DNA of 45,103 nucleotides from Candidatus Helarchaeota archaeon (GTDB lineage: Archaea > Asgardarchaeota > Lokiarchaeia > Helarchaeales > RDOG01). A model generated the notes under the pieces. It saw only the letters and a program-made list of their open reading frames with translations. It was not told the DNA's origin and did not search any database. The DNA is taken from assembly GCA_029838215.1 (NCBI GenBank), contig JALGVI010000015.1, positions 1 through 45,103 of the forward strand, given 5' to 3'. The translations under genes and the position numbers were made by a program. Shown one piece after another: positions 18,393 to 27,984 of this stretch (position 1 is its first letter; the number at the start of each line of letters is the position of its first letter).

Positions 18393-19388
18393 TTAACGGA
18401 CCATTTTTTCGATTTTCAGTCCGTCTCGAGATAGCGAAGTTGAGAAAATGTCGTGATCTTTTCGCAATTGTCTTGAAATATCTTTTATCCTACGAGGGTC
18501 ACAGAGGATGATGATGCAACCACCTCCTCCAGCACCAGTAATCTTGACACCGAATACATTTAGCTTGCGTATTTTATTGATTATTTTTGAGACTTCAGGG
18601 GTGGCAACTCCCATTGCATCAAGAAGACCTTGATTTACATTCATTAATTCGCCTAAATCTTTTAGGTATCCGCGTTCAAGGAGTTGGCGTCCTTTTAGAG
18701 AGATCTTATCCACGCTTTGAAAGATTAAAGAAAACACTTGGCGATTTGCATTATATTTTTCCTTGACCTTTCCGACCCAAAAGCTTGTCTTTCGCTTAAT
18801 CTTAGTATCTAAAATGAGTATGGGTATTTTAGACCTAACATCCATCCGTTTAACGGAACCTTTTTTATAATACACTGCACCGCCGTGAGAACTAATCGTG
18901 TTATCAATTCCAGATGGGGTTCCATGAACGAGACATTCAGACTCGAATGCAAGAGATGAAATTTCTTCGATGCTTAGGTTTAGTTCTAATAAACCGTTGA
19001 GTGCTCCGACTGTCGAGACCGCGATGGCAGCAGATGAACCGAGTCCAGCACCTAGAGGTATTTGAGACCATATTTTTAATTCAATTCCATTTTCAGGAAA
19101 TTTTTTCTTAAAAATGGACGTACAACAATTGAGAATTGGTCCCATTATTTTTAGATGAGGGATTTTTGATTCAATTGCTTCAAGATCTAATGGGAATTCT
19201 TGGCTTAAATGTACATCTTTAGCGTGAATTGATAATTGTTTTTCAGAAATAAATTTAGCAGTAACAAAAGAGCGTAAATTAATTGCCATGGCGATGGCTG
19301 CAGAACCATAAACGACGGCGTGTTCACCGAATAAAATGATCTTACCAGGCGCTGAAGCCGTGATTTCCTTCAATGTGATCGCAAGCAC
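18393..19388 (-). CDS. mvk: Mevalonate kinase
   Basis: SAPGKIILFGEHAVVYG, IPLGAGLGSSAA, HGTPSGID, KITGAGGGGC. Confidence 0.95.
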   Translation of the reverse strand: MLAITLKEITASAPGKIILFGEHAVVYGSAAIAMAINLRSFVTAKFISEKQLSIHAKDVHLSQEFPLDLEAIESKIPHLKIMGPILNCCTSIFKKKFPENGIELKIWSQIPLGAGLGSSAAIAVSTVGALNGLLELNLSIEEISSLAFESECLVHGTPSGIDNTISSHGGAVYYKKGSVKRMDVRSKIPILILDTKIKRKTSFWVGKVKEKYNANRQVFSLIFQSVDKISLKGRQLLERGYLKDLGELMNVNQGLLDAMGVATPEVSKIINKIRKLNVFGVKITGAGGGGCIIILCDPRRIKDISRQLRKDHDIFSTSLSRDGLKIEKMVR

Positions 19389-19411
19389 GAATTATATTTG
19401 ATGAAATGATT

Positions 19412-19630
19412 TCAACCTTGTTGAGAAAAGGAGCTAATTTCTTTCATTAAATCTTGATGGGTTACAAACATTCGTCGGCAACAGTAACGAGTGAAGCCCA
19501 GTTCATCAAGAACCTTCTCGCTTGATTCGTTTTCTTCATTGACCCTTCGATAATATTCTTCCCACTTGTGTGCAATGAGTTTTCCACACGTGAAGCATCT
19601 AATTGGGATTATCATGATACAATTCCTCAT
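19412..19630 (-). CDS. rpoN: RNA polymerase subunit Rpo10 (N)
   Basis: [17 protein letters not shown]. Confidence 0.97.
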   Translation of the reverse strand: MRNCIMIIPIRCFTCGKLIAHKWEEYYRRVNEENESSEKVLDELGFTRYCCRRMFVTHQDLMKEISSFSQQG

Positions 19631-20031
19631 CGATAACTTTTTTGCCGTCTCGTGCGAGCAGATGGACCGCCAAATTTCTTTGGTTCAGTTCTTCGGAAAT
19701 CCCCTACAAGCATTACACGATCATACTTGACAAATTTTGATTGTAGGCGTTGGCTTTTCGTCCATTTTACCAGAGCGCGTGCGATTGCAATTCGAACGGC
19801 TTCGGCCTGACCCATAAAACCTCCACCCTTGACGTTAATGTTAATATCTACTTTTTTTACAATATCATCTCCTGCTAACAGGAGTGGTTCCATGATTTTC
19901 ATTCGAGCGATCTCGGGCATATATAGCTCGATAGGAACTTTATTTATACGAATCTTGCCTTTTCCTTCTCTTATATTTGCCCTGGCTATTGCACTTTTTC
20001 TCTTTCCAGATGCAAGTTGAACTCTGACCAT
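19627..20031 (-). CDS. rps9: 30S ribosomal protein uS9
   Basis: [42 protein letters not shown]. Confidence 0.98.
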   Translation of the reverse strand: MVRVQLASGKRKSAIARANIREGKGKIRINKVPIELYMPEIARMKIMEPLLLAGDDIVKKVDININVKGGGFMGQAEAVRIAIARALVKWTKSQRLQSKFVKYDRVMLVGDFRRTEPKKFGGPSARTRRQKSYR

Positions 20032-20047
20032 AAAAACACCTACTTAA

Positions 20048-20515
20048 CTATTCGATGACCACTCCATTCCAACCCAATTCTTTAGATAATTCTCCAAGTG
20101 AATAATATCCCCGATTTAATCGTGATGCGTTGTATTCAGAAAGAGAGATGCGTTCGACATTTTTGTATTCTTCAGGAATTCCAATAAAAGCCCTGAGTCG
20201 TTTAAGGGCATTAAATCCGCGTGCCTTCTTTTTTGGGAGCATGCCTCGAACAGTTCGTTTGAAAAGACGATCTGGACGACGGGGATGAAGCGGACCTTTC
20301 CATGGAGCAGTATGCGTACGAATTTGTAACCAAGTTTTATAATGATCTATGATTTGTTTTTTCGACCCTGAAATTACTACTTTTTCCACGTTAACAATTG
20401 CAATTTTATCTCCTAATAATAACTGTTTTGCTATATAACTAGCAAATCGACCTAAAATTGCATCCGTGGCATCATAAACGATGGTTTTATTCGTATTCTT
20501 TCGAGTGCTCATCAT
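20048..20515 (-). CDS. rpl13: 50S ribosomal protein uL13
   Basis: ILGRFAS.IAK.LL.G, GP.HPRRPD.LFKRTVRGMLP. Confidence 0.97.
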   Translation of the reverse strand: MMSTRKNTNKTIVYDATDAILGRFASYIAKQLLLGDKIAIVNVEKVVISGSKKQIIDHYKTWLQIRTHTAPWKGPLHPRRPDRLFKRTVRGMLPKKKARGFNALKRLRAFIGIPEEYKNVERISLSEYNASRLNRGYYSLGELSKELGWNGVVIE

Positions 20516-20524
20516 GAGTTCCCT

Positions 20525-20878
20525 TCATTTAATTATGGTGATATTTGTTCCGGTTGGATTTTTTTCATATAATTCTCGTATGTTCATCACGATACTTTTT
20601 GATTTTAGTAATTTTTCGCGAGCTTTTTCTGAAAAGTTAAAAGCTGCGATTTGAATCTTATGATCGAGCTCTCCAGAAGAGAGAACTTTTCCCGGAATTA
20701 TTATCATATCATTTTCTTTCGAATATTTATTGATTTGATAAAGATTGACTTCAATTTTATCTTGATTTCGTTTTGATAGGTCTTTTGCGACCTTGCGCCA
20801 TATCCTGCGTTTCGTGTTCCAGAGGAATTCTATTAGTTCCTGCTTGGGAAGGTTCGAGGATTTTAAAGGTTTTAACAT
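20525..20878 (-). CDS. rpl18e: 50S ribosomal protein eL18
   Basis: IWRKVA, EVNL..IN, IIPGKVLSSG, AAFNFSEKA, KNPTG. Confidence 0.96.
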   Translation of the reverse strand: MLKPLKSSNLPKQELIEFLWNTKRRIWRKVAKDLSKRNQDKIEVNLYQINKYSKENDMIIIPGKVLSSGELDHKIQIAAFNFSEKAREKLLKSKSIVMNIRELYEKNPTGTNITIIK

Positions 20879-20890
20879 GATTTTTCACCA

Positions 20891-21703
20891 TTACGCTTGA
20901 ATCTCAATTTTTTCTAGAAAATCTGTAACTTTCTTTTTGAATATTTCACAAGATTTTAAAACTATTTGATCGGGGGGTAATTGACCATTTGATTCAAGGT
21001 AAAATAGGAATGTTTTTTCATCCCAACATACTTTTATTGCATTATTTTCGCACATTTTTTCACATTCTCGGCACAAAGAGCAATTTAGCTTATCGTCAAT
21101 TACAATTTCGTTTTTTTCATTCTTAATAATTATGTTTCTTGGGCAAAAATCAATACAAGGAGCTGTTTCACATTTCTTACATTTTTCTTGGTCGATTTCG
21201 AATATAGGTACGTATTTAAATGAAGCAGTCGAGACAGCTTGCCATTTTACATGAGTTTTTCCAATTCCCATTTTTGCATATGCTTCTAATACGAGTTTTT
21301 GACCTTTGTAAAGTTCAACAATAAAAATTTTTGGTTCTGCAGGAATGATTTTGGGATCTTCACTTTTTAAATCACTAGAATATACAACAACATTTTCATT
21401 TTCGGCTTCCTTATCGATAGTAAAACCGACTTGACATAATGAGCAACCCACGCCCTCACATTCGCATTTATCTGGAAAATTAAAGTCTTTCATTTCACTC
21501 TTGAGTGGAATTAAACCTAACCGTTGTGCAATGTTACGATCATACAAAGAGCTTGTATTTTTAACGATCCAAACATCTTCAATTGCCAATGTTGGGACTT
21601 GGGCCAACATTATGCGTCGTAAGCCATTGACCAGGCTCGGAACACTTCCTTCTATTAATAATGTGAGTATATTTTCATATTTTTCAATGATTTGAATTTC
21701 CAC
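20891..21703 (-). CDS. rpoD: RNA polymerase subunit Rpo3 (D) with ferredoxin-like 4Fe-4S domain
   Basis: NGLRRIMLAQVPTLAI, RLGLIPL, GIGKTHVKWQ; CxxC..C...CP and CSLCRECEKMC. Confidence 0.96.
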   Translation of the reverse strand: MEIQIIEKYENILTLLIEGSVPSLVNGLRRIMLAQVPTLAIEDVWIVKNTSSLYDRNIAQRLGLIPLKSEMKDFNFPDKCECEGVGCSLCQVGFTIDKEAENENVVVYSSDLKSEDPKIIPAEPKIFIVELYKGQKLVLEAYAKMGIGKTHVKWQAVSTASFKYVPIFEIDQEKCKKCETAPCIDFCPRNIIIKNEKNEIVIDDKLNCSLCRECEKMCENNAIKVCWDEKTFLFYLESNGQLPPDQIVLKSCEIFKKKVTDFLEKIEIQA

Positions 21704-21729
21704 TTATCACATTCCTCCACGACAACCCA

Positions 21730-22134
21730 CTAGACTCGTCGACCGCGACGACCACCTGGACGTCTGGTTCCATCATGAGGCAATGGTGTGACTTCTTCAA
21801 TTCGCCCGATTCGCAGTCCAGCACGGGCAAGTGCCCTAATAGCAGCTTGCGCACCGGGTCCTGGTGTTTTTGGACCGTGTCCACCAGGAGCTCTAACTTT
21901 TATGTGAATTCCTGTAATACCTTTTTCTTGAGCCATAGAGGCCGCACGAAATGCAGACTGCATGGCAGCATATGGACTGCTTTCATCCCGGTCAGCCCGA
22001 ACAATCATTCCTCCGGAAAATTTAGCAATGGTTTCTGCACCGCTAATATCGGTTATGTGGACGATCGTATTGTTGTAGGAGCTAAATATGTGGGCTATGC
22101 CCCATTTTGCTTTTTCTCTTTTTGGGCTACTCAT
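21730..22134 (-). CDS. rps11: 30S ribosomal protein uS11
   Basis: [43 protein letters not shown]. Confidence 0.98.
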   Translation of the reverse strand: MSSPKREKAKWGIAHIFSSYNNTIVHITDISGAETIAKFSGGMIVRADRDESSPYAAMQSAFRAASMAQEKGITGIHIKVRAPGGHGPKTPGPGAQAAIRALARAGLRIGRIEEVTPLPHDGTRRPGGRRGRRV

Positions 22135-22153
22135 TATTCATTCACTTTCCATA

Positions 22154-22672
22154 TTATTGTATGTTTGGTCGGGCAACGTGTTCTGGATTATTGAGAGGAG
22201 AGCCAGGAGCATAATCAATTTCCTTCTCTTCATCACGTTTAACTAAATATCCGGGAACGTTTATCATCTCTCCACGAAGTACTATATGGTTATGAGTGAT
22301 GAGTTGGCGCGCGTGATAGATAGTACTAGCCAATCCTCTATTATAGACCATGGTTTGCAGGCGCCGTTCGAGGAGGTTTTCGATCGTTAGACCGAGCACG
22401 TCATCAAGCGTGGCATTTTTAGGCAAGACACCAATCCGAAAGAGTTTTTCGAGAAGTTCCCGGTTTTGCACTTCATCTGGATTTTCGATGCGGGAAAGGA
22501 GTTTTCGAGCACGACTGCGGTAATTTGAGATTTGAGTTTGCAGTTTCCAAATCTCTCTCTTATTTCGTAGTCCGTATCGCCCTATAAGGACGAGTTCTTT
22601 TTGAATTCTATCTTTATCCCAAGGTTTATTCGGGCGTTCAAACCTTTTTTGAGGTCTTTTTGGATCTCCCAA
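22154..22672 (-). CDS. rps4: 30S ribosomal protein uS4 (TTG start)
   Basis: GDPKR, YGLRNKREIW, LLERRLQT, ARQLITHNHI. Confidence 0.97.
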   Translation of the reverse strand: MGDPKRPQKRFERPNKPWDKDRIQKELVLIGRYGLRNKREIWKLQTQISNYRSRARKLLSRIENPDEVQNRELLEKLFRIGVLPKNATLDDVLGLTIENLLERRLQTMVYNRGLASTIYHARQLITHNHIVLRGEMINVPGYLVKRDEEKEIDYAPGSPLNNPEHVARPNIQ

Positions 22673-22692
22673 TCAATGTCACCAATTAGAGT

Positions 22693-23169
22693 TTATTTTT
22701 GACCTTTCCTTTTACGATGAACCCCAACAGCTGATCCTCTTCTTCCTGTTGTTTTAGTATGTTGTCCCCGGACTTTCAAACCCAGTTCATGTCGAATGCC
22801 CTTCCAGCTTCTCGTGCGTTTCATGCGGTCTAAATCACTCTTGAGCACGAGCATTAGATCTGAGCTTATAACGTGAAAATCGCCTCCACGGAGATAGTCT
22901 TTTTGTCGGTTGAGCATCCAAGTTGGAATCTTGTAGTCTTTCATATTTTTAATGACATCCTCGATTCTTTTGAGTTCAGAATCTTTAGTGAAACCAAATC
23001 GTATTTCAGGATCCACCTCAGCTTTTTTGAGGATCATCCGTGCCAATCGCCTGTTTATGCCCCTTATATGAGTGAGGGCGTGGTAGGCTTTTTCTTTTCC
23101 GGGTAAATCTGTTCCGTACATCCGAATGATGTGCTTAAAGTTTTCAGATTGACTCATTTCATTATCCAA
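22693..23169 (-). CDS. rps13: 30S ribosomal protein uS13
   Basis: ALTHIRGI, IPTWMLNRQKD, SWKGIRHELGLKVRGQHTKTTGRRG; the real start may be the ATG at 23157. Confidence 0.97.
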   Translation of the reverse strand: MDNEMSQSENFKHIIRMYGTDLPGKEKAYHALTHIRGINRRLARMILKKAEVDPEIRFGFTKDSELKRIEDVIKNMKDYKIPTWMLNRQKDYLRGGDFHVISSDLMLVLKSDLDRMKRTRSWKGIRHELGLKVRGQHTKTTGRRGSAVGVHRKRKGQK

Positions 23170-23552
23170 CTCATCATTTGGCTTATGGGGTTTTCTTAAA
23201 TTTATGAATAACCATCATGCTAATAAGACACGCTGAAAAATCTTTCCGAGCTTGAGAATACAGCATTTTTTGCTCGGACATGTACTCTTGATCAGGATCG
23301 ATTAAGTCAGCACGACAACGATATTGCTAATAATCAGTTAAAAAATTTTTTCGTTTGTTTGTCTTTTTCATTGCTTAGTAAGATTGAAAAGGAGTCTTGA
23401 TTCTTCGTTCCAATCACGTGAACGATAAGAATTAAATAGCTGATTTTTTTAGCAGAATCAAACATGTGTCTTTAACAAAGAGATTCGATAATAGGCGGGC
23501 TCTTTGTTTTGAGCACGAACATTCAAAAATTTTCGTTAATGAGGAATGATAG

Positions 23553-24524
23553 ATGAGTACTTTCAAGTGTCTCGTGACAGGTGGTGCAGGATTCATCGGC
23601 TCTCATGTGGTGGATGCATTTCTTGCTGATGGACATGACGTCATCATCATTGATGATTTATCAGAAGGTAACATGATCAATATTGAACATATTGCGGACA
23701 AAGTGGAGTTGGAAATCGGCACGGTTAAGGATGCTGCATTCATAGAGGAATTAGTAGAAGACGTTGACGTGATATGTCATTTAGCGGCGAATGCAAGCGT
23801 TTCAAAATCGGTGCACAATCCTAAATTAGATTTTGAATCAAACGTGATTGGCACGTTTAATCTTCTCAAGGCAATAATGAACACGGATGTTAAGAAATTT
23901 ATCTATGCATCAAGTGCTGCAGTTTATGGGGAGCCGGAAAAAGTCCCGATTAAAGAAACAGATCCATTAAAACCAGTTTCTCCTTACGGGGCATCTAAAG
24001 TTTCAGGCGAACATTATGTTTCCGTATTCAATTCGACATATGGCGTGAAATCCGTTTCATTAAGAATATTTAATTCTATTGGTGAACGACAGCCCAGGTA
24101 TGTCATTTATGATCTTTTAAAGAAGCTGATGAAAAATCTCTGCGAGTATGGAGAAACCAAAGAACTTGAAGTATTGGGAACAGGAGAAAACATCAGAGAT
24201 TTCATTTACGTTGGTGATGTTGCACGAACGTTCTTAGAGTGTGCAAAAAAGTCGATTGTAGACGGTAATATTTACAATGTTGGGACGGGTGTAGGTCATT
24301 CAATCTCATCACTTGCAGAAGAAATCTTAAAAGCATTGAATTTTACTGAAACAACAAAAATTCGATATACAGGAAGCTCGTGGCAAGGAGATGTATCAAA
24401 ACTGATTGCTGACATTTCAAAACTTCAAAATGATTTGAATTTCGAGTTCACGCCATTTCCAGAAGCATTACAACACGAAATCGACTGGTTTAACAAAAAT
24501 ATTCGAGATCTAACGGCATTTTAA
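23553..24524 (+). CDS. NAD-dependent epimerase/dehydratase (UDP-glucose 4-epimerase-like)
   Basis: LVTGGAGFIGSH, ASSAAVYG, SPYGASK (YxxxK), RDFIYVGD. Confidence 0.9.
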   Translation: MSTFKCLVTGGAGFIGSHVVDAFLADGHDVIIIDDLSEGNMINIEHIADKVELEIGTVKDAAFIEELVEDVDVICHLAANASVSKSVHNPKLDFESNVIGTFNLLKAIMNTDVKKFIYASSAAVYGEPEKVPIKETDPLKPVSPYGASKVSGEHYVSVFNSTYGVKSVSLRIFNSIGERQPRYVIYDLLKKLMKNLCEYGETKELEVLGTGENIRDFIYVGDVARTFLECAKKSIVDGNIYNVGTGVGHSISSLAEEILKALNFTETTKIRYTGSSWQGDVSKLIADISKLQNDLNFEFTPFPEALQHEIDWFNKNIRDLTAF

Positions 24525-24745
24525 TTTTTTCTCTTTTATGCTAAAAATTTTTAAAAAAAGAAATTCTACATAATCGTGATTGGTATTAATGCCAACGTTT
24601 CAGGCTTTGGAAACAAATTTCAGTGCTCTTCAAGTTGCACAGAAAAGAATCGCTTGAATTGAAACGTCAATTTTAACTAAAACGAATGAAAATCATCCAT
24701 CGATGTGAATGATAAAAAACGGACACGATGCAGTGAGGCAAACGA

Positions 24746-25315
24746 ATGGTAGAAGAGACGCAAGTAAAACTCATAATTTTTAGTGCGTTATTAAGTGCAT
24801 TGCATGATATAATGGGAAAAGACGGAAAGAATTCAATCTTGCGCTTTGCTGGCTTATCTGAATACATAGATAAAGAAATTAGTCCGTCAGTTGATGATTC
24901 CATTCCATTCGATGTGGTCAAGAGGTTAATAGATGCCATGCAATCACTGCTGGGACACGGAACAAATGCCATTCTTTATGAATCGGGACGAAAATTTGCG
25001 GTTTACTTGTCTCCTTTTGGATATTCTTTAGAAGAAGTCATTCACAAGCTAGAAAAGTGGTTTGGAGGAAAATGGCAACTTGTTAAGGCAGGTGCCGAAA
25101 ATTCTACCGTCGTGAAGATTGAAAATAATCCGATTTGTCGCGGGTGTCATTCAGACAAACCTTATTGCCACATTGTTAGTGGAACACTTGCCCGAATCCG
25201 TGAGGAAGCAACAGGGGAAAAGAGTTTTGCAAAAGAAATCCGTTGTATAGCAATGGGACATGATGCATGTCAATTTGTAATAAAACCATATAATATGAAA
25301 GGAAAACGCGGCTAG
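24746..25315 (+). CDS. V4R (4-vinyl reductase / Bet3-related) domain protein
   Basis: G..AILYESGRKF, NPIC...PYCH..SGTL, EIRCIAMGHDACQF. Confidence 0.85.
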   Translation: MVEETQVKLIIFSALLSALHDIMGKDGKNSILRFAGLSEYIDKEISPSVDDSIPFDVVKRLIDAMQSLLGHGTNAILYESGRKFAVYLSPFGYSLEEVIHKLEKWFGGKWQLVKAGAENSTVVKIENNPICRGCHSDKPYCHIVSGTLARIREEATGEKSFAKEIRCIAMGHDACQFVIKPYNMKGKRG

Positions 25316-25328
25316 TGGATGGAATAAC

Positions 25329-25850
25329 ATGGGAAGCAAGTATGTTTTTAAGATAGTCGTATTGGGTTCAGAAGCAGTTGGAAAAACCTCGCTCATCAAT
25401 AGATACGCTGAAAAAAAGTTTACTTCAGAATATCACCCAACGCTTGGAACAAATATCATCATCAAGGAAGTAAATTTGCCCGATATTCAGAGTCAGGTCA
25501 AGTTAATGCTATGGGACATTGCTGGACAACGGAAATGGACGGAGGTTCGACATTTATATTATAAAGGTGCTCAAGGGGCACTTTTAGCATTTGACGTTAC
25601 CAGACCAACTACATACAACGCGATTTCAGAGTGGAATAAAGATCTTGCGGATTTTGTTGGGGAGGTCCCTAAAATCCTGATCGCAAATAAGATGGATTTA
25701 GTTGAAGATATCAAAATAAATGAGACGGAAGGGGAAAATATGGCAAAACAAATTAACGCTTTTGGCTTTCTAATGACTAGTGCTAAAACAGGCGAACGCG
25801 TGAATGACGCATTTGAATCTTTAGCAAAAGAGATAATCAGATCATCATAA
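25329..25850 (+). CDS. Rab-like small GTPase
   Basis: G1 GSEAVGKTS, G2 PTLG, G3 WDIAGQ, YYKGA, G4 NKMD, G5 TSAKTG; no C-terminal Cys. Confidence 0.93.
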   Translation: MGSKYVFKIVVLGSEAVGKTSLINRYAEKKFTSEYHPTLGTNIIIKEVNLPDIQSQVKLMLWDIAGQRKWTEVRHLYYKGAQGALLAFDVTRPTTYNAISEWNKDLADFVGEVPKILIANKMDLVEDIKINETEGENMAKQINAFGFLMTSAKTGERVNDAFESLAKEIIRSS

Positions 25851-25883
25851 ATAATGCTCAATTCTCCAAAAACTATCAGTTAG

Positions 25884-26840
25884 GTGAAAAAAATGGTCAA
25901 TCTCAACAAATTAAATACGTTACTAAATAACTTTATTGATTCTATTAACATGGTTGAAGCCACGATTCTCATGACTAAAGAAGGGTATATTATCACATCA
26001 ATTGTAAAAGATTTAGGGGAGGAATCGATTGGCGGCGTGACTCAAATCGTTCGATACATTTCCGATGTAATAACATTCGATCCAGCCCTCTCTGAAGAAC
26101 GAGGCATCAAAGAACTTTCTACACCAGAGAAACTTTTCATTTTTAGGCAAGTCGACCCAAAGATCATGTTTTGCGTCATTTGTAATCCACTAATTAATGG
26201 AAAAATCGCAAAAGCTTATTCTGAATTCGTTGCAAAAAAAATTGAACAGCTTCTGGAAGACAAGGACATTCCCTTAGAAATTCCCAAGATGGAACCGGAT
26301 GAAAAAGAAAAGGAAAAGGGCAAAGAATATGTTTTCAAGATTTGTGTCTTGGGTGATCCTGGTGTGGGAAAAACCACGTCCATCATCCAATTTGCACAAA
26401 GCCGGTTTGAGAGCGAATACAAATCAACGATTGGAGTATCAATCATAAAAAATGACCTTAATATCGATGGAGACACAATTCATCTCCAAATATGGGACAT
26501 CGCTGGACAAGAACGATGGGCAGGAATGCGACGCGTTTATTATGCAGGGTCTCTTGGAGCTCTATTATTATATGATGTTACCAGAGTTCAATCTTTTGAC
26601 AACCTTGAAAAATGGGTAAATGAGTTCCAAACGTATACGTCTTCAGAGAATCCATTGCTAATGATTGGTAATAAAATCGATTTAGTGCAAATTCGAAAAA
26701 TATCAAAGGAAGACGGAGAAAAGAAAGCAAGTGAATTTGGAATACCATATCTGGAAACATCAGCAAAAACTGCAGAGAATATTAATAGGGCATATGAAGA
26801 ACTAGCTCGAAGTCTAATTAGAAAAATATCTGAAGAATGA
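25884..26840 (+). CDS. Roadblock/LC7-like domain fused to a Rab-like small GTPase
   Basis: N-terminal VEATILMTKEGYIITS roadblock-like pattern; C-terminal GDPGVGKTT, STIG, WDIAGQE, NKID, ETSAKT. Confidence 0.88.
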   Translation: MKKMVNLNKLNTLLNNFIDSINMVEATILMTKEGYIITSIVKDLGEESIGGVTQIVRYISDVITFDPALSEERGIKELSTPEKLFIFRQVDPKIMFCVICNPLINGKIAKAYSEFVAKKIEQLLEDKDIPLEIPKMEPDEKEKEKGKEYVFKICVLGDPGVGKTTSIIQFAQSRFESEYKSTIGVSIIKNDLNIDGDTIHLQIWDIAGQERWAGMRRVYYAGSLGALLLYDVTRVQSFDNLEKWVNEFQTYTSSENPLLMIGNKIDLVQIRKISKEDGEKKASEFGIPYLETSAKTAENINRAYEELARSLIRKISEE

Positions 26841-26868
26841 AGATAAGAAACGTAAAATGAAAATAAGG

Positions 26869-26953
26869 TGGCGCCGAGAATGGGATTTGAACCCATGCTC
26901 CCAAAGGGAACGGACTCTCAAGGCCCGCGTCGTAGCCGCTTGACTACCTCGGC
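26869..26953 (-). tRNA. tRNA-Ser (anticodon UGA), long variable arm, CCA encoded
   Basis: Acceptor stem GCCGAGG/TCTCGGC, anticodon arm CGGGC-CTTGAGA-GTCCG, T arm ATGGG-TTCAAAT-CCCAT, discriminator G73. Confidence 0.95.
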
Positions 26954-27024
26954 TTGAATTTTTATTTGATCTTTGCAATGATCATCGAGAAAAATATACT
27001 TTTTCCAAATAAAAAGATGTTTAA

Positions 27025-27870
27025 TTAGGAGATTAGGAGGGTTTGTATGAACTCTTTATCAAGATCTAATTTACGGATTCGATCCCAGTCCTTTTTAAGA
27101 TATGGAAATGCCAGTTTTGAAACGATTTCCTTCATTTGATCCTTGAATATTTCTCGCATTAAATCCACGTAGAATCGAAATATTTGAGAGAGTCCTTTAC
27201 GCAGTTCGTGTTCTTTGATGTCTTGTTGAAACACGTTTAGAGTGAGGAGATCCCAGCCTTTTTCTGTATAATTCACGTTTTTAAAAGATTTTGGAAGTAA
27301 TTGCTTGATCGTTTCCATTTTTTGGTCAAGAATTTTTTCTCTACCCTTGACAATCGTATGGGTGACTTTTGATAATAGATGAAGGAGTTGTTGATATACT
27401 TCGATGACATCCATTAATTCTGCAGCTTTTGTGATTTTCTGGGCTTTTTTCCAATCTTGGTAGAGCTCGTCCATTTTTTCCGTGAATACTTCAAACTGTG
27501 ATGTGTTTCCATCCCAATTATCTGAGAATTCGGGATCAAGAACAAATTCAAATTTATCATTGAAGTTAGTTTTTATCACGTTCAATTGCGCGCGGATTTC
27601 ATTGGAAGAATCATCCATCTCGGCTGCCGTGATGAATAATAGGTTTGGATCTTCAATATAAACCCACTTAAGTCCTCCCATTTCAATGCTCTCTATTGCT
27701 TTAAACTCTCGGGCTTTTTGATCGGGAGAGCAAGATATTTCTTCAGCAAACCGATAAAGTGCGGTTAGAAATGAAGTTAAAAGGTCGGGATCGGACACGG
27801 CTTTAGCATATGCGCGGTTAAAGATGTTTCTTCCTGATTTCAAATCTAAAATCCAAACCTCACGAATCAA
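27025..27870 (-). CDS. Longin-like domain protein with unknown helical C-terminal domain, paralogue A (TTG start)
   Basis: IREVWIL...SG..IF.R.Y, LLTSFLTALY.FAE, IESIEMGGLKW.Y, LLFITAA; homologous to 35852..36646. Confidence 0.7.
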   Translation of the reverse strand: MIREVWILDLKSGRNIFNRAYAKAVSDPDLLTSFLTALYRFAEEISCSPDQKAREFKAIESIEMGGLKWVYIEDPNLLFITAAEMDDSSNEIRAQLNVIKTNFNDKFEFVLDPEFSDNWDGNTSQFEVFTEKMDELYQDWKKAQKITKAAELMDVIEVYQQLLHLLSKVTHTIVKGREKILDQKMETIKQLLPKSFKNVNYTEKGWDLLTLNVFQQDIKEHELRKGLSQIFRFYVDLMREIFKDQMKEIVSKLAFPYLKKDWDRIRKLDLDKEFIQTLLIS

Positions 27871-27984
27871 GGGAAATCATCTCCTTCTTAATTTCCACCA
27901 TGCTAATCATTAATAGGGTTGTTCAAATATTAAAATCTATAGAAAAATCGGTTTGCAAAAAGTTGCGGAAATTCGTGATGAGTC

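Noticed and set aside
23245-23508. Inverted repeats TCCGAGC/GCTCGGA (23245-23278) and AACAAAGAG/CTCTTTGTT (23474-23508) between rps13 and the epimerase
   Set aside because: Short arms with 17-20 nt spacers, no tRNA or known RNA fold, and not repeated elsewhere, so no feature can be supported.
26869-26953. tRNA as an active integration site of a provirus or island
   Set aside because: No integrase, phage or plasmid genes and no duplicated tRNA 3' end in the window.
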